The notes below the pieces were generated by a model. The model saw nothing but the letters and a program-made list of their open reading frames with translations. It did not search any database and had not been told where the DNA came from. Shown in pieces: positions 34,647-47,365 of a stretch of DNA of 64,000 nucleotides. The position numbers were made by a program, and so were the translations under genes. The stretch is taken from the NCBI GenBank assembly GCA_008632985.1, contig QPGO01000010.1, forward strand, positions 806,001 to 870,000, given 5' to 3'. Numbering within the stretch: position 1 is the stretch's first letter; each line of letters starts with the position of its first letter. This stretch comes from Psammoneis japonica. Taxonomy: Eukaryota.

Positions 34647-35976
34647 ATGGTGCGAATTTACGTTTCAGTTGCCGCGTTGTCGATACTTCTTTTGGCATCA
34701 TGTTGTTTCAATGTTGTGGATGCCTTTGGAATGGTTGGTCATGATGTTGTTGCGCGGAGAACGCCACCAACCCGCTTGAACATGGCTCTTGACGAACAAA
34801 TGGAAGCTCGACTGGAAGGTATCTGTCGTTCCTACCAAGCGCTGACGGAGCGATTAGGTGATCCTGATGTGATTGGAGATTCCAACCTGCTGAAACGAGT
34901 CATGTCTGACCGTGCCCAGAGCGAAGAAGTGGTGCTGGCGTATGAGCAGTATTCAAAGCTCAAGGAAGAATTGGAGGGTGCGACTGAACTCTTTCAGGAA
35001 GCGGGTGATGATGCAGACATGAGAGAAATGGCAAGGGAAGAAATTAAAGAGATTGAGCCACAGTTGGAAACGCTCGAAGAAAAAATCAAGGTTCTGTTGC
35101 TTCCCCGTGATCCGAACGATGACCGTGACGTGATGGTTGAAATTCGTGCCGGTACCGGAGGGTCGGAAGCCAATATTTTTGCCGGTACGTAGGTTGTTTG
35201 AAAGTAGGCTATGCTGCAGAGCTGCAGCCTTTTGCTAACTTGGTTTTGTCTAATCAATCTCACGCATTCTCTCAGGTGACTTGGCTGATGTCTACAGAAA
35301 GTATTTTACTGCAAGCGGTTGGCAGTCGACAATAATCGATTCATCTCCTGGAGATGATGGAGGATACAAGTCGGTCACAATGGATGTCAAGGGTGATATG
35401 GTGTACTCGAGAATGAAATGGGAAGCGGGGGTGCATAGGGTACAGCGTGTGCCAGCGACAGAATCACAGGGCCGAGTCCACACGTCTACAGCAACAGTCG
35501 CTGTCATGCCAGAATGTGACGAAGTGGATGTAAATGTTGATCCGAAAGATATCGAAATGTCCACCATGCGATCCGGTGGAGCTGGAGGTCAGAATGTAAA
35601 CAAAGTTGAGACGGCTGTCGATCTGTTGCACAAACCCACGGGCATTCGTATCAAGTGCACGCAGGAACGTAGTCAACTCAAAAACAAAGATCTGGCCATG
35701 AAGATGCTCATGGCAAAGCTCTATGACATTGAAAACGAAAAGCGTGACATGGAAGAGCGTGAGAGACGAGGATCACAGGTGGGAACAGGTGGACGGAGTG
35801 AAAAGATTCGCACCTATAACTGGAAGGATTCAAGATGCTCCGATCACCGACTTGGACAAAATTTCCCTCTCAGTCAGTTTCTCAATGCTGATTTAGGCCC
35901 AATCATTGATGCGATGATTGCCAAAGATCAAGAAGAGAAATTGAGACAGCTGAGTGAAGAAAGCGCAGCCGTGTAG
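34647..35976 (+). CDS. prfA: Plastid-targeted peptide chain release factor 1 (2 exons)
   Basis: Signal peptide + [32 protein letters not shown] (PxT); [20 protein letters not shown]; intron 35185-35275. Confidence 0.95.
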
Positions 35977-36395
35977 TTTGAGAAAGTACCCGTGACGCAA
36001 TTGGTCGTCAAGAGTAGCGAATGTACTCCTTACATAATACTTTCAGTAGGCCCAGATTACATCTCTGACTTGAACCCTTAATGCCCTACACAGTTTAGGA
36101 TGAAAAAGAGAGTATGGCATACGATCCATACTAATTCACGATTTCTGACCATAAAGGGTTTCGAGTTACATTTCCTAGGTAGAGCTAATCGGTTTGAATG
36201 GAAGCTCATACCGGTACCCTTGCAGAAGAGACATGATATGGACTACCGCTAGTAACTTTTCTTACAATAGCAAAAAGAAACCATTCACAACTTAGAAGGC
36301 TACAAGAGAAGTTGCCGATTGTGTCAGCTCAGCAATACCAGGTGCTTCTCCTTGGTTGCACTAGCGAACAATTCCACGCCTCGAAGGCTACCTTT

Positions 36396-37967
36396 CTATT
36401 CGAATGGCAGCTTGGCATACTTTTCCTTCATACCGGGACGTTTGTCACGAAGCACCACCATGTTGCTTTGGAGTGACTTGGGCACAACCATGCCACCTTG
36501 CGCATGCCTGGCAATACGAGCATCATTCTCGGGCTCACCCGCTGTCCAAATGCGGCCAGGGCCTGTGGGTGATTTCTGACTTGCCCTGATTGCCTTTAAA
36601 AGCTTTCCCGCATTGGCTTCGAATGTTTTGAGAGGACACAAGCTTTCAATGTCAATGGCCAAGAAAAAGTGACCGAGTGGCATGGGGGCGGGTTTTCCGG
36701 TAGCACGATCCACTCCACACACCGCCTCTCCAAACGGTCCAGACTGGAATGCAGTACACAAGAGTTCCACGACAGTAGCCCATCCGTATCCTACGAAAGA
36801 AAGCAAGGAGAAAGATCCATTAGAAGAGTGCACCTGTGACTGGTTTGCTTATGTACAAAGTACGAAGCTTGACGACGTACCCTTGTATCCTCCCAACTTG
36901 TCTCCACCGCCACCCACGGGTGTCAAGGCGCACTTGCCAAGCACCATGTCACGCAAGATGCCTTCTGTATCAGTCCTTTCGATTCCTTCATTGTCAATGA
37001 CGGCACCGCGTGGTGTCGACTTGCCCTCTCGCGCGTACCGTTCAATCTTTCCGCGTTGATTGACCGATGTGGCGCAGTCAATGTTAAACTCAAATTCCTC
37101 GTCCGTTGGGATCCCAAAGCAAAGAGGATTCGTGCCTGGAAAGACGTAAGAATAGTGCAAAATGAATATTTAGAGAAGAGCGTTTCGTACAACCCCAATA
37201 GAGTTCGAGACAGAAAGCTTACCCAACATTGGTTCCACTCCAAAGGTGGGAGCAATCGATGGTCGAGCGTTGGTTCCTGTAAATCCAATACAACCTGCCT
37301 TGGCCGCCATGGAAGAGTAGTAGCCAGCAATACCATAGTGTGTCGAATTCTGAACCGCTACAAATCCAACTCCGTGCTTCTTGGCCTTGTCAATAGCCAT
37401 TTGCATAGCATATGGTCCAATGTATAGGCCGAGACCCAAATTGCCGTCCAGCAAGGCCGTTGTCTCTGTTTCCTTTACAACGTCAATAGGCTTGGATGGC
37501 CACAAGATGCCATTATCAATGCGATCACAGTATATTGGTTTGAGTCGTCCGAGACCATGAGAATCAATGCCCCTCCTGTCGGCTTCAATCAACACTTCTG
37601 AACACGTTTCCGCCCGATCTTCTGGAACTTCATACGACAGAAACACGTCCTTCATGAATTGCTTCATGAACTCAAAGTCAATAATGACATCCGGTTCTTT
37701 TTCTTTTTGTTTGGAAGGAAATTCCACTTCCACGCCATAGACTGACGCTCCAATGGCAAACACAACATCGGAAGCATCGGCATTTCCGCTCGTGGCAAAG
37801 GACTCGAGTGCCTCTTTGAGATTGGCACGGACTTGCGGATCCAAATGACCCCCGGGATTCTTTCCAATCAATTCGAGAATACTTTCACGAGACGACATGG
37901 CTGATGATGACGATGCAACCAAGGACAAGCAACAAGGAAACCAAAGCAACAAGCGCAACGGTTTCAT
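36396..37967 (-). CDS. Type 2 malate/L-lactate dehydrogenase family (Ldh_2) oxidoreductase with an N-terminal signal peptide (3 exons)
   Basis: EADRRGIDSHG, NSTHYGIAGYY, LGTNPL, IDCATS, GGYKG.G, GHFFLAID; introns 37222-37136 and 36880-36791. Confidence 0.88.
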
Positions 37968-38149
37968 GAGCCACTGATGTTGATTTTGTGATGGGTGATA
38001 GGTGTGATGATGTGATGGAACAAAAACAATAATCCAAAACACGTGGTGTCACTTGTACCACGGCCTCACGTAGATCCTACTTCCTTCGTACATCTTGGTA
38101 GACAATTTACGAGGAATGATCCATTGTCGGTCGACGATCAGACTAGCTA

Positions 38150-41100
38150 CAGCTTTCCCTGCAACCAACCTAAACGTCGTATTAATCCTACGTTACTGGT
38201 AGGAAAATTTATTTTTCATACAAAAAGCCACAGTAAAATCGCCAGCAGCGTTATATTTAAATCTTATCTATATTCTAGAGTTTTTTATTTACCTACAAAA
38301 AATATCTTTTCACCCCGCGAAAAGCGTCCTCACAATGAAACCCTTGTCAAAATCAATCGCACTGCGGTGCGTTTTGAACTCTTTGACAAGCTTTTCAATG
38401 GTCTCAAGAGACAAGGCTTCATGATGAACCTCTTGAGACACATCAGGTTGTGAAAGAACCATGTAAGCACAAATGCATCGTCGTGCTCGTCGCGAGAACT
38501 TTCGCATCCTGTCAGTCGTGAGTGCGCTTGATGACATTGATTCTCGTACCAACTCTCTAAAGTTTTGCTTTCCCCTCTTTCTTGACAAAGGTTGCAAACG
38601 ATAATGCTGCTTTGCCAGTCCCCAAGAACATTCAATGCCCTCCCCAGCCATTTCTGGGTGACACTTTGGCGTTCTGTCAATGGTCACACCCATTTTGCGA
38701 CCCATGGTTTGCAACAACGTCTCTTCGTTGACGAAATCATCGCAAGCAGCCATCAAGTGAAGAAGAGATGTTGACTTATTGATCTCTCCATCTTTGCCCT
38801 TTGCACCATCCACAGTGCATTTTCCAGGGTTGTTGGGATCAATCCATCCTCGCTCACACAAAATTTGCTTTGGTCCTTTCGGCTTGTTGACCCATCCGTG
38901 CTTCACCTTTTGAATGGTTTCTTCGACAGGTGTGTTGTTGCTCTTTGCCATGTCAATCAATTCATCCTTTTTCTTGCCCCTGATGTTCTTGATGTTCTTT
39001 TGTAGAAGCTTGTCAAAAATTTCATCACGCAGGAACTTCCGAGTTTCAGTTTGACCCTCGACAGGTGCGTCACATTTCTCAGCTTCTCGTTCTTCCGGCG
39101 TCATCCAGCATGGTCCCTGGTCTTCCTCACTGAATGCCATTGTTTGCACTTGTCCTGCAGACAACATGCCAACTGCTTCAGCATGAGGACCTGGAAAGCC
39201 CTCTTCCTGAAGAATCTCAGTGGGATGCATCTTGTTCTGACTGCCGCCGACTCCTGCGTTCATCGTGCGCTTGTTGCAGATTAGTCCGTCTGCTCTCTGC
39301 TTGTCGTGCCCGCAAGAATGATCAAAAAGGAAATGACAGTCAAATTGAGGATGCAGCACTTTCAAGCAATCCACGCAATCCTCCAATCGCACCAACATGT
39401 GGTTGTAATTCCAGCATCCGTCGCCATTCGCTCCACACTTGAACTCACGGATGAACGGACTTTTCTTCAACTTCGGCTCACGCTGCTTCTTGCTGAACAC
39501 TGTTTCTGCAGCTTCTTCATCAGTGTGGCATTTGCCTGCTCGAGTTTCATTCATCTCTCGGAGTTGCTCTTCCGAAATGTCTCCATCTCGAACAAGGCCG
39601 ACCTCTCGACATTGAAATGCAGACTGCATCACGCCTTCTCCATCATCTTTGGGCAGCAGCGGCCGCTCACCTTTGGGACCCGACCAGCTGCTTGTGCTCA
39701 GCAAGCATTGCTTAAAAACAGCCTCGTCCTGTCCAAATGTCATGACAGGCTTTACATTCGGATCCTTTCTCACACTTTCACTTCCTCCAAATTGCACGGA
39801 CAGCTTGGGCGCAAGGCTTGGATGCTCCGGGTCGATGACAGTGTCGACATGACACTCGACAAAATCTTCTCCATCAACTTGGCATTCATGCCCTGTTTTT
39901 GCTGGGAGAGCTTCAGCTTTGACAATGTCCATGGCAGTGGCTTTTGGAAGTTGCATCCAACGTGGGCATCGTTCTTCCATCATCAAGTGTCGACGGACCA
40001 TCGCATTCCGACACCTCACATTGTCGGGACGTTCATGATTGTCAACACAATGCATCTTTTTGTTTGGTCCATGCCGGAAACCAAATAGATTCATCCAGTT
40101 GGAAACTGCATTGGAAGAAATGCACAGTTGGTTTTCCCCGGTGAGCAATCCATGCTGATTCAGGAACTCCCGTTCCGACTCCAAGATGTCTTCCCTGTTC
40201 TTGCGACGGTCATTGTTCTCTCTCTTTAAGAATTCCGGGACAAGCACTTCGTGGAAGTGGTCTGTGGCCACCTCAGTGGAAAGTCGAGAAAGGTTTGCTG
40301 TCACAAACTCAATGAATTTCCTCTTCATCTTTGGATGTGCTTCAAATGTCGGTGGGTCTCCTTTTCCTTTTGGTCGGGGATGAGGAAAGGAGCTGAGATT
40401 CCTAAAGATGCGACACCAAGCAGCTGCGGTTTGGCGACTTTTTACAAAGTTAACACCTGCACCGCTGAGGTCATTGATTGCATGCTGACAGCAGTCAAGC
40501 CATGCAGTGTTCCTTTTTGGCAGCTTCTTCAACACATGGTCAAGCGCCATCGCAAGATGCTGGCATCTCAATCGAATCACATGAGCGTCGTTGGGTGTGC
40601 ACAGGTTGTCAGGGTCGCCTCCTTCGATCACTTCTTTCCATCCATCATGAAAAGCAAATCTAGAAGTCAATTTGTCTGTCTGTTTCTCAATTGCCTTTTT
40701 TGCATCCTCTCCATCATCTGCATTGAACAGGTTCCGCACGGTCATGTCATCCTAGAAGGCGCCAACAACAGCGGTCAAATCATCGGCAGGCATGGCATCA
40801 TTCTCAGGAGTGTCATCTTCATCAGCACCACCATCATTGGATGATTTCTCCTCTGTTGCAGAGGACTCTAGCAGTTCTTTCCTTTTCTTTTTCTTTCGCT
40901 CGTTTTCCTGCAACGTCTGTGTGCACTCGTTTGCGTCACACCCCACTGTTCTCTTGCTGGAGCCGGCTCGAGTTTCTACTTTCTTGTTGTGCTCTTCAAC
41001 AGTCAACATCACACGCCTGAGATCATTGATTGTTGAGGGCACATGCCTTGGCAATTCTTGCTCTTTGCAGGAACAGTGAGCCACAACAGACGGCTCTCCC

Positions 41101-41595
41101 TTCGGTCGGAACTGCTTTCGGAAAACCCCGCCATGGTTCTCAGACGTGTCCTTGTCAATGTCTGGAAATGGAGATCCAACTCTGCTCAAAGCACTGTTCA
41201 ACTTCTTGGCATTGAAGTTCAAATCTTTGTCAATTGTGTGGGCCTCTTTTGTCACATGCACAAAACAGTTCGCCTCGATCCATCTGCATTGGAACTTCGG
41301 CATCTTGAACGCATCCCTGAAATGCGAAGTGACAATGCCAGTCGGTGTCGACCGAGACGCTCTGATCGCATTGCCTTGTGACATTTTGATGGGTGTTTGC
41401 TGTCAAGCTGTGCAGGGGGATCAGAGAGGACTCAGCAGCAAAACCACAAAAAACGCCGATTCCACCAGCGCCATTGTCTCGTGCTTTTTCTCGTGCTTCA
41501 AGATTGTTGCGATGACGTCAAAGCGGACACGTCACAAAAATCTGGCATGTCCTGCACAAATTCTACGGCGTTTAGGTTGGTTGCAGGGAAAGCTG
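38150..41595 (-). mobile_element. IS630/Tc1/mariner-like DNA transposon, 3446 bp, full length
   Basis: 32-bp TIRs CAGCTTTCCCTGCAACCAACCTAAACG(T/C)CGTA at 38150-38181 and 41564-41595 (1 mismatch); TA at 38148-38149 on the left flank, CA at 41596-41597 on the right. Confidence 0.9.
38310..41384 (-). pseudogene. DDE transposase (~1024 codons) with one in-frame TAG at 40752-40754 and severe Tyr depletion
   Basis: The 210-aa and 811-aa ORFs share a frame; VDNHERPD, GQDE, FLFDHSCGH, TPKCHPEMAGEGIE.SWG, KTHR motifs; only 3 Tyr in 811 aa. Confidence 0.85.
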
Positions 41596-42172
41596 CAGAG
41601 AAGTGCGTGCGCGCAGTCAGTGGCACGCAAAGACACAGCAGACATCTTCGAATTTTGCCAGAGTGAGGCAGGAAGGCTTGAAGCATCCTCCCACTGCAAA
41701 TGCGTTTGAGACAGGGAGGAAGACTTGTGAACTAGAATGACACACAACTGCAACATCCATCTCTTCTACTGGCAGCTCCACCACCGTCCGTCATGTGCGG
41801 CAAAAAATTGTGAGGGTTTACGGTTGCGGGTTTCGATTTAGAGGATTTCAAAAAAGCTGAGTCTGAGTCAGTCGACTCGGGATTCAACAAACCCCGCTTC
41901 CCTTTCAATCTTGTGACGGCGTTCTGCTCAGGTTTGACAAGACCGAATCCAAGACTGAGTATATTCAAATCTTCATTTTCATAGACCATTTGGCGGGAAT
42001 TCCATCAATTTTACATACGGATTCAAAATATTTCATTATCGTTGAAGAACACGAGCACTCTATTTGAGTTGGGAATTTTTGTTATGTTTAACTAAATAGT
42101 TGAATGTAGATATTAATTTTATTATGCTGAAAAATTGGAATGGCCCGGTTTTTGTAATCATCAACTTCTAAT

Positions 42173-44241
42173 ATGTTCAAATATCATTTCAAGACTCAAC
42201 GCCTCATAATATTTGCGCGAGCAAATTCTACACAGGCCTCAGAAAAACTCGCACAACGCTCATTCCAGCGCACCTTTGCCGCGGTGCAAGTCTTGTGTGT
42301 AATTGTGTTGACCATGACGTACTCCTCCAGCAGCAGCAAGAGCAAGGGCAAGGGCAAGGGCGGCAGCAGTAGCAAGTCCTCAAAGGGCTCGTCAAAGAGT
42401 AAAGGTGGAAAGAAGAGCTCAAGCAAAAGCGAGAGCAGACACAGCAGCAGCAGCAGTGACGACTGGCAAGCGAAGGGCAAAGGCGCCTACTCGTCTTCTT
42501 CATCTTCTTCCTCCTCGCACTCATCCAATTCCTCCTCCAATGGCTCTTCCTCGAACGGAAAGGGTGCAGTCGTTCCATCGCTTCCGCCTCCGCCGACTCC
42601 GCATCCGCCCGCACCAACACCGCCGCCGCCAGTGCCGACTACGCCGATACCGCCACCGCCTCCACCGGTTGTTGTACCGACCCCAGTTACCAATCCGAAT
42701 CCCCCAGCGCCTACCCCACCGACAATACCAACGCCGACTACGCCTACAGAACCGACTTCGCCTACTCCACCAACTTCACCTACTCCACCGACAATGCCAA
42801 CGCCCACTACGCCTACAGAACCGACAATGCCAACACCGACTACGCCTACAGAACCGACGTATCCTACTCCTTCGGTGCCGTCGTCGCCGACTCCCTCGGG
42901 ACCAGTAACTGAACCGACGCCCACGGAACCGTCTTCACCGACGCCCTCGGGGCCGTCTTATCCGACACCCACCGAACCGACGGATCCCACTCCATCGTAT
43001 CCAACCGAGCCTACCCCTCCGCCACCACCGCCTACAGAGCCAATCCCATCAGATCCGGTAACTGCACCGTCTCCGACCGATACAACGTCTCCCACAACAT
43101 CTCCGTCCGAGACTCCATCCTCCTCTCCCACAGAAGTGCCTTCTTCGACTCCAACGGCCTCGCCTACGGTGCCGACGTTTAACGTCGTGTCGGGGATTGA
43201 TTGCAGTGCCATTGCCGACGGCACGCTTGATCCTCCACCCGAGAGCCTGTCCGTCGTGGCGGAAGCAAACCTTTCCATCATGAACGGAGTTTCAGCAGAA
43301 GAAGTGTTTGACTTGGTGGAACTCAAGTTTCAAGACGGTCTGGACGAGTTGGCCTTGTGTGCTACACAGTCCACGACGAGACGACGACAACGACAATTGG
43401 AACAAGTCACAATTACCCATGTTGTGGTTGGAGACATGGAAGACGATGGAGGTGCGTTGTGATTTTTGGCGCGAATTCTGTTTGGCGCGCGAAAATTCAA
43501 AATCGTGCTCACTCACATCAATTCTTATTTCTCTTTATCAATACAGGCTCGTGCGTTGTCCCTGATGACATTGAGGATGCTACATGCTATTCGACCGATA
43601 CCAATGTGGACGTGTACTTTATTTCGGACGATGCGCGCCGACGATTCCTCGTGGAACGTGCGGATATCCCACAATTGATACAAGACAAACTCAATGCCCT
43701 CGATTTCAATGTTCCAGGACTGGCGCACATGTCGGGTGTCACGGCAACAACCGCGGGCAATGGCGGCGGAGTAACAGGTGCACAAGAAGAAGTGACCCGC
43801 GAAAACAAAAAGGACGACGGCCTGGGAGCCGGTGGGATCATTGCCATTGCCGGAGCCGTCGCGCTGTTGGCTCTGCTCTTTGCCTGTTTTATAGTCAGAC
43901 GACGAAGACGCTCTAGTAGCTCTGTCCAATCGAGCTTCTTTTCTTTGGATGATCAAAAGGACGACTTGGACGGCACCTTTTACGAAGACGACGTGGAAGT
44001 CGTTGGTGATGGCTCGACGATTGCGTCCGAATGGACCGGAAGAAAGAATGACGGAACCTTTCCCAATTCCAATGTCCACCGATGCAACTCTGCCACGTGT
44101 GACATTTGTGAACGCCAACGAAAAAATGACATTACCTTCATCAGCACCGGGCCCGTACGATCGCTCCCGCGACCGAGTAGTCAGGGTTTCTCACGCGATT
44201 CGAGTCGGGAGTATGGAGCAGAAGACTCTATCATTCTGTAA
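42173..44241 (+). CDS. Ser/Lys- and Pro/Thr-rich single-pass membrane (cell-surface/frustule-type) protein, 2 exons; start uncertain
   Basis: SSKSSKGSSKSKGGKK region, PT repeats, DCSAIADGT, RXL motifs, TM GIIAIAGAVALLALLFACFIV-RRRRR, cytoplasmic VHRCNSATCDIC; intron about 43453-43546. Confidence 0.78.
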
Positions 44242-45119
44242 ACGACCATGGCACGGTATTATGGGAAGGACACACGCCAGCTTGCACGTGCTTATAGTGA
44301 GAAAGGCACGAGCTCGTATGACTGGCATGGCCAGCTATGTTTGAGACCGACCGCGGCTGGTTTGACGAATCGAACGCGATCGCGCCGATCAATGATCTCT
44401 TTTGTATTCTGAGAGAGATTCCTACATACAAAAATTACAGTACTCTAGAGAGTTCAGAATACTCAAAGTCTCTAGGTCATGGTGATATCTCTAGTTGAGA
44501 CTTCAGAGGGTTCATGGTATTTAGCAAGCTGGTTATTCTTATGAAAGGACCAGCCATAGTTTGACGGATCTCCACAATAAGTAGGGGAGTCGACGTCTTG
44601 TCGAGGTCGTTGTTCACTTTTCTTTGCGAAGTCAGCCCAGATGGTGACTGCGTTTACAGGAGAGCCGTCATTGCTGAGCACTCCTGTGGCACTGCGGCAA
44701 GAGGCTTCGATTTCAAGGCCGACCTGTTTTTGCGGCTGCTTGAAAGGCGTTGGCGAGCTGTGTCACAGTCTTCGAGCGGTCATTCAACCTCCCATTATTG
44801 TTTTGAAACCTGCAGCGGTCTTCCTGCATCTTGGCGGGTTGTTGTAGATGCCTCGGCCATCATGATCAGGAAATGAAAGACGGTGCCGACACTCCTCCAA
44901 TGCACCCGGAAGCAGCAATTTAATTTTTACACCCTCTCCAATGATGAAGATACATCATTGAAAGATGAGTCACCTCTATTTTCGATAGCGACAATCATTT
45001 CCCGCCAAAATTGAAAATCAGCAGTTCCCCATCGCGACCACTTTCTTGACACCACATCGAGAAAGGCGTGATTTTTGCGATCGCAGTCCCACATCACCAA
45101 GAAGCGCGTTGTTGTGGTC

Positions 45120-47238
45120 ATGAAAGCCGCTACTTCCTTCTATCCACTTGCATGCATTCAATGCAATCAGAATGAGAATTGGGGACTACACCAACAACGA
45201 GAATGGTTCGGTTCTTAGCTTGCTACGAAACTTAGGAGACTGGTCACGTTCGAGCTCGAGTAGCAACGACTGGGATTCATCTTCGAGCAGCGAAGATTCA
45301 GACTCGAGATCTAGTAGCAGCAGTAGTGATGATTCGGATTCGAGCTCTAGCAGCAGCAGCAGCAGCAGTGATTCAGACTGCTCGAGTTCCAGCAGTTCCG
45401 AACCGGATTCCAGGTATGAGAGCAGCGGCAGCTCAGGCAAAGGGGGGACTCCAAGCCCTACAAAGAATTCAGAAGCTACAATCACGGCTCCACCAACGCA
45501 CCCTCTAACAACTCTAAGCCCGACACCAAATTCCAAACCTACAATTACAGCTCCGCCAACGCGTTCGCCGACTCAGCATCCTACTCCAAACCCAACAGAA
45601 AGGCCCACTCAAAGACCTACACAAAAGCCAACGCCCTCACCAACACGAAGCCCTACAAAGAATCCAACACCGACGACGACACCGAAACCAACAAGAAACC
45701 CCACGCCGCCGCCAACCCCCTTCCCAACACAACCACCGGCAACGACTGCTCCAACCAGCAATACCCCATTTCCAACCTCACACATGACTCCGTCTCCATC
45801 AACGCAAACCGAAACGCCATCACCGACGCCCGGCGAAACCATGACCTCATTTCCGACCTTAGAGGTGACGCCATCTCCATCTTTGCAAACTTCAACGGCA
45901 CCACCGACTCCTCTCTCAACGAGTCAGTCCACCGGTGTAGATACACCTGAGCCTTCTTCATCCTCCATGACCCCATTTCCGACCTTAGAGGTGACGCCAT
46001 CTCCATCTTTGCAAACTTCAACGGCACCACCGACTCCTCTCTCAACGAGTCAGTCCACCGGCGTAGATACACCTGAGCCTTCTTCATCCTCCACGAAAGT
46101 CCCGACGCTAGCACCAGGAATACCAGCAAGAGATTGTGATGCGATTGCGGCAGGAACTGCTACCACTGAAGCGGACGCTATCGAGAGAGTTGTAGTTGAT
46201 ATGGACCTTACTATTCAAGATGGCGTTTCGTTTGACGCCATAGCGACAGAGCTCCAGTCCAGTCTTCAAGAAACTGTAGCACCGGCTATTGCGGGGTGCG
46301 ACAAGGAGGGTGGAGAAGTGCCATCAGATATTGACGAGACAAGACTTATCGTAAACGTTCTATTTGGAAAACCGGCAGTGGACCCAAATGGTAAGCTGAG
46401 GAGCTCTACTGCTATCTCAAGTGAATTGCTCGTGTCTGACACTTCTCTTGTCTCTTTCTCCATAGACACCTGCACTCCGCCAGCAGGCGCAGCGGATGCT
46501 ACATGTGTTGCAACAGATACGGTTGTTGATGTTTATTACATCGAAGAAAGTATTAGCAAACGTGTCCTTTTCCTCGCCCCTGAAATGAGACCCGAACTCG
46601 ACCTTGTCCCTTCAGGAAGGAAGCTTGAGGATGGCGAAAATTCCGCGTTGGAGATGAGAATCGAGGATGAAATAAACGATGCCTTTGCAGACGGATCTCT
46701 TCAAGTCCCTGGACTTGTTGACATTAGTGAGGTCAATGCCGAATCGCAGGGAATAATCACTCCACCGGATACCGAAAGAAGCGGGGTTGGTTTGAGTGCG
46801 GGCGGTATAGTTGGTATCGTCCTTGCATCCCTAGTTCTGGTTTTGCTATTAGCTTTTCTTTTCGTTCGATGGAGACAACGGCAGCAGTTGTACTCCCGAC
46901 AATTCGACGACGAAGACGTTGTGGTTAAGGAATCAGAGAACGATACAGAACCAGAACCACATATATCTACCCTAAGCAATCAGGGGTCGCTTCCACCTGT
47001 TAGAGAGAACGAAGACGAAGAGTTTGTCATCGATATAGAGGAAGAAAATGAAGACGTTTTGCTGGACTCTCGGCCCATTACAATTGATGAAGCCATACCA
47101 CAAGAGGTTGACAAAGATGGCTTTCCAGTTGTAAATAGCAATCAAATATCCCAAAGAAGATTTCTACAGTCGCACGCGCATTCACTGCTGGATCACAACG
47201 AGCGCAACTATAAGGTGCATGACACCGTGATTCTGTAG
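45120..47238 (+). CDS. Tandem paralog: Ser-rich, Pro/Thr-rich single-pass membrane protein; 5' end probably frameshifted
   Basis: Poly-Ser, PT repeats, DCDAIAAGT, TM GIVGIVLASLVLVLLLAFLFV-RWRQR; probable in-frame intron 46391-46465. Confidence 0.78.
45841..46092 (+). repeat. 126-bp (42-aa) near-perfect tandem duplication within the CDS
   Basis: MT(S/P)FPTLEVTPSPSLQTSTAPPTPLSTSQSTGVDTPEPSSSS x2. Confidence 0.95.
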
Positions 47239-47365
47239 CTGAAGGAAACGGCATGGCGACAAAATCGTTCCAGAGTGGGCGAAGAGCTCTATCTTGTTTG
47301 CTTGAAATCTGTTCACACATAATACCTAAAACGATTCTATACAGTAAACTTTATCCAACACTGGT

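Noticed and set aside
34647..37967. Bacterial contamination suggested by prfA and Ldh_2
   Set aside because: Both have spliceosomal introns and eukaryotic targeting peptides
38310..41384. Alternative genetic code or stop readthrough explaining Cys/His for Tyr and the TAG
   Set aside because: Neighbouring host genes use Tyr and standard stops normally, and the non-coding TSD and LTRs show the same change
42196..46129. Antisense Gly/Val-rich ORFs
   Set aside because: Shadows of the Pro/Thr-repeat genes on the plus strand
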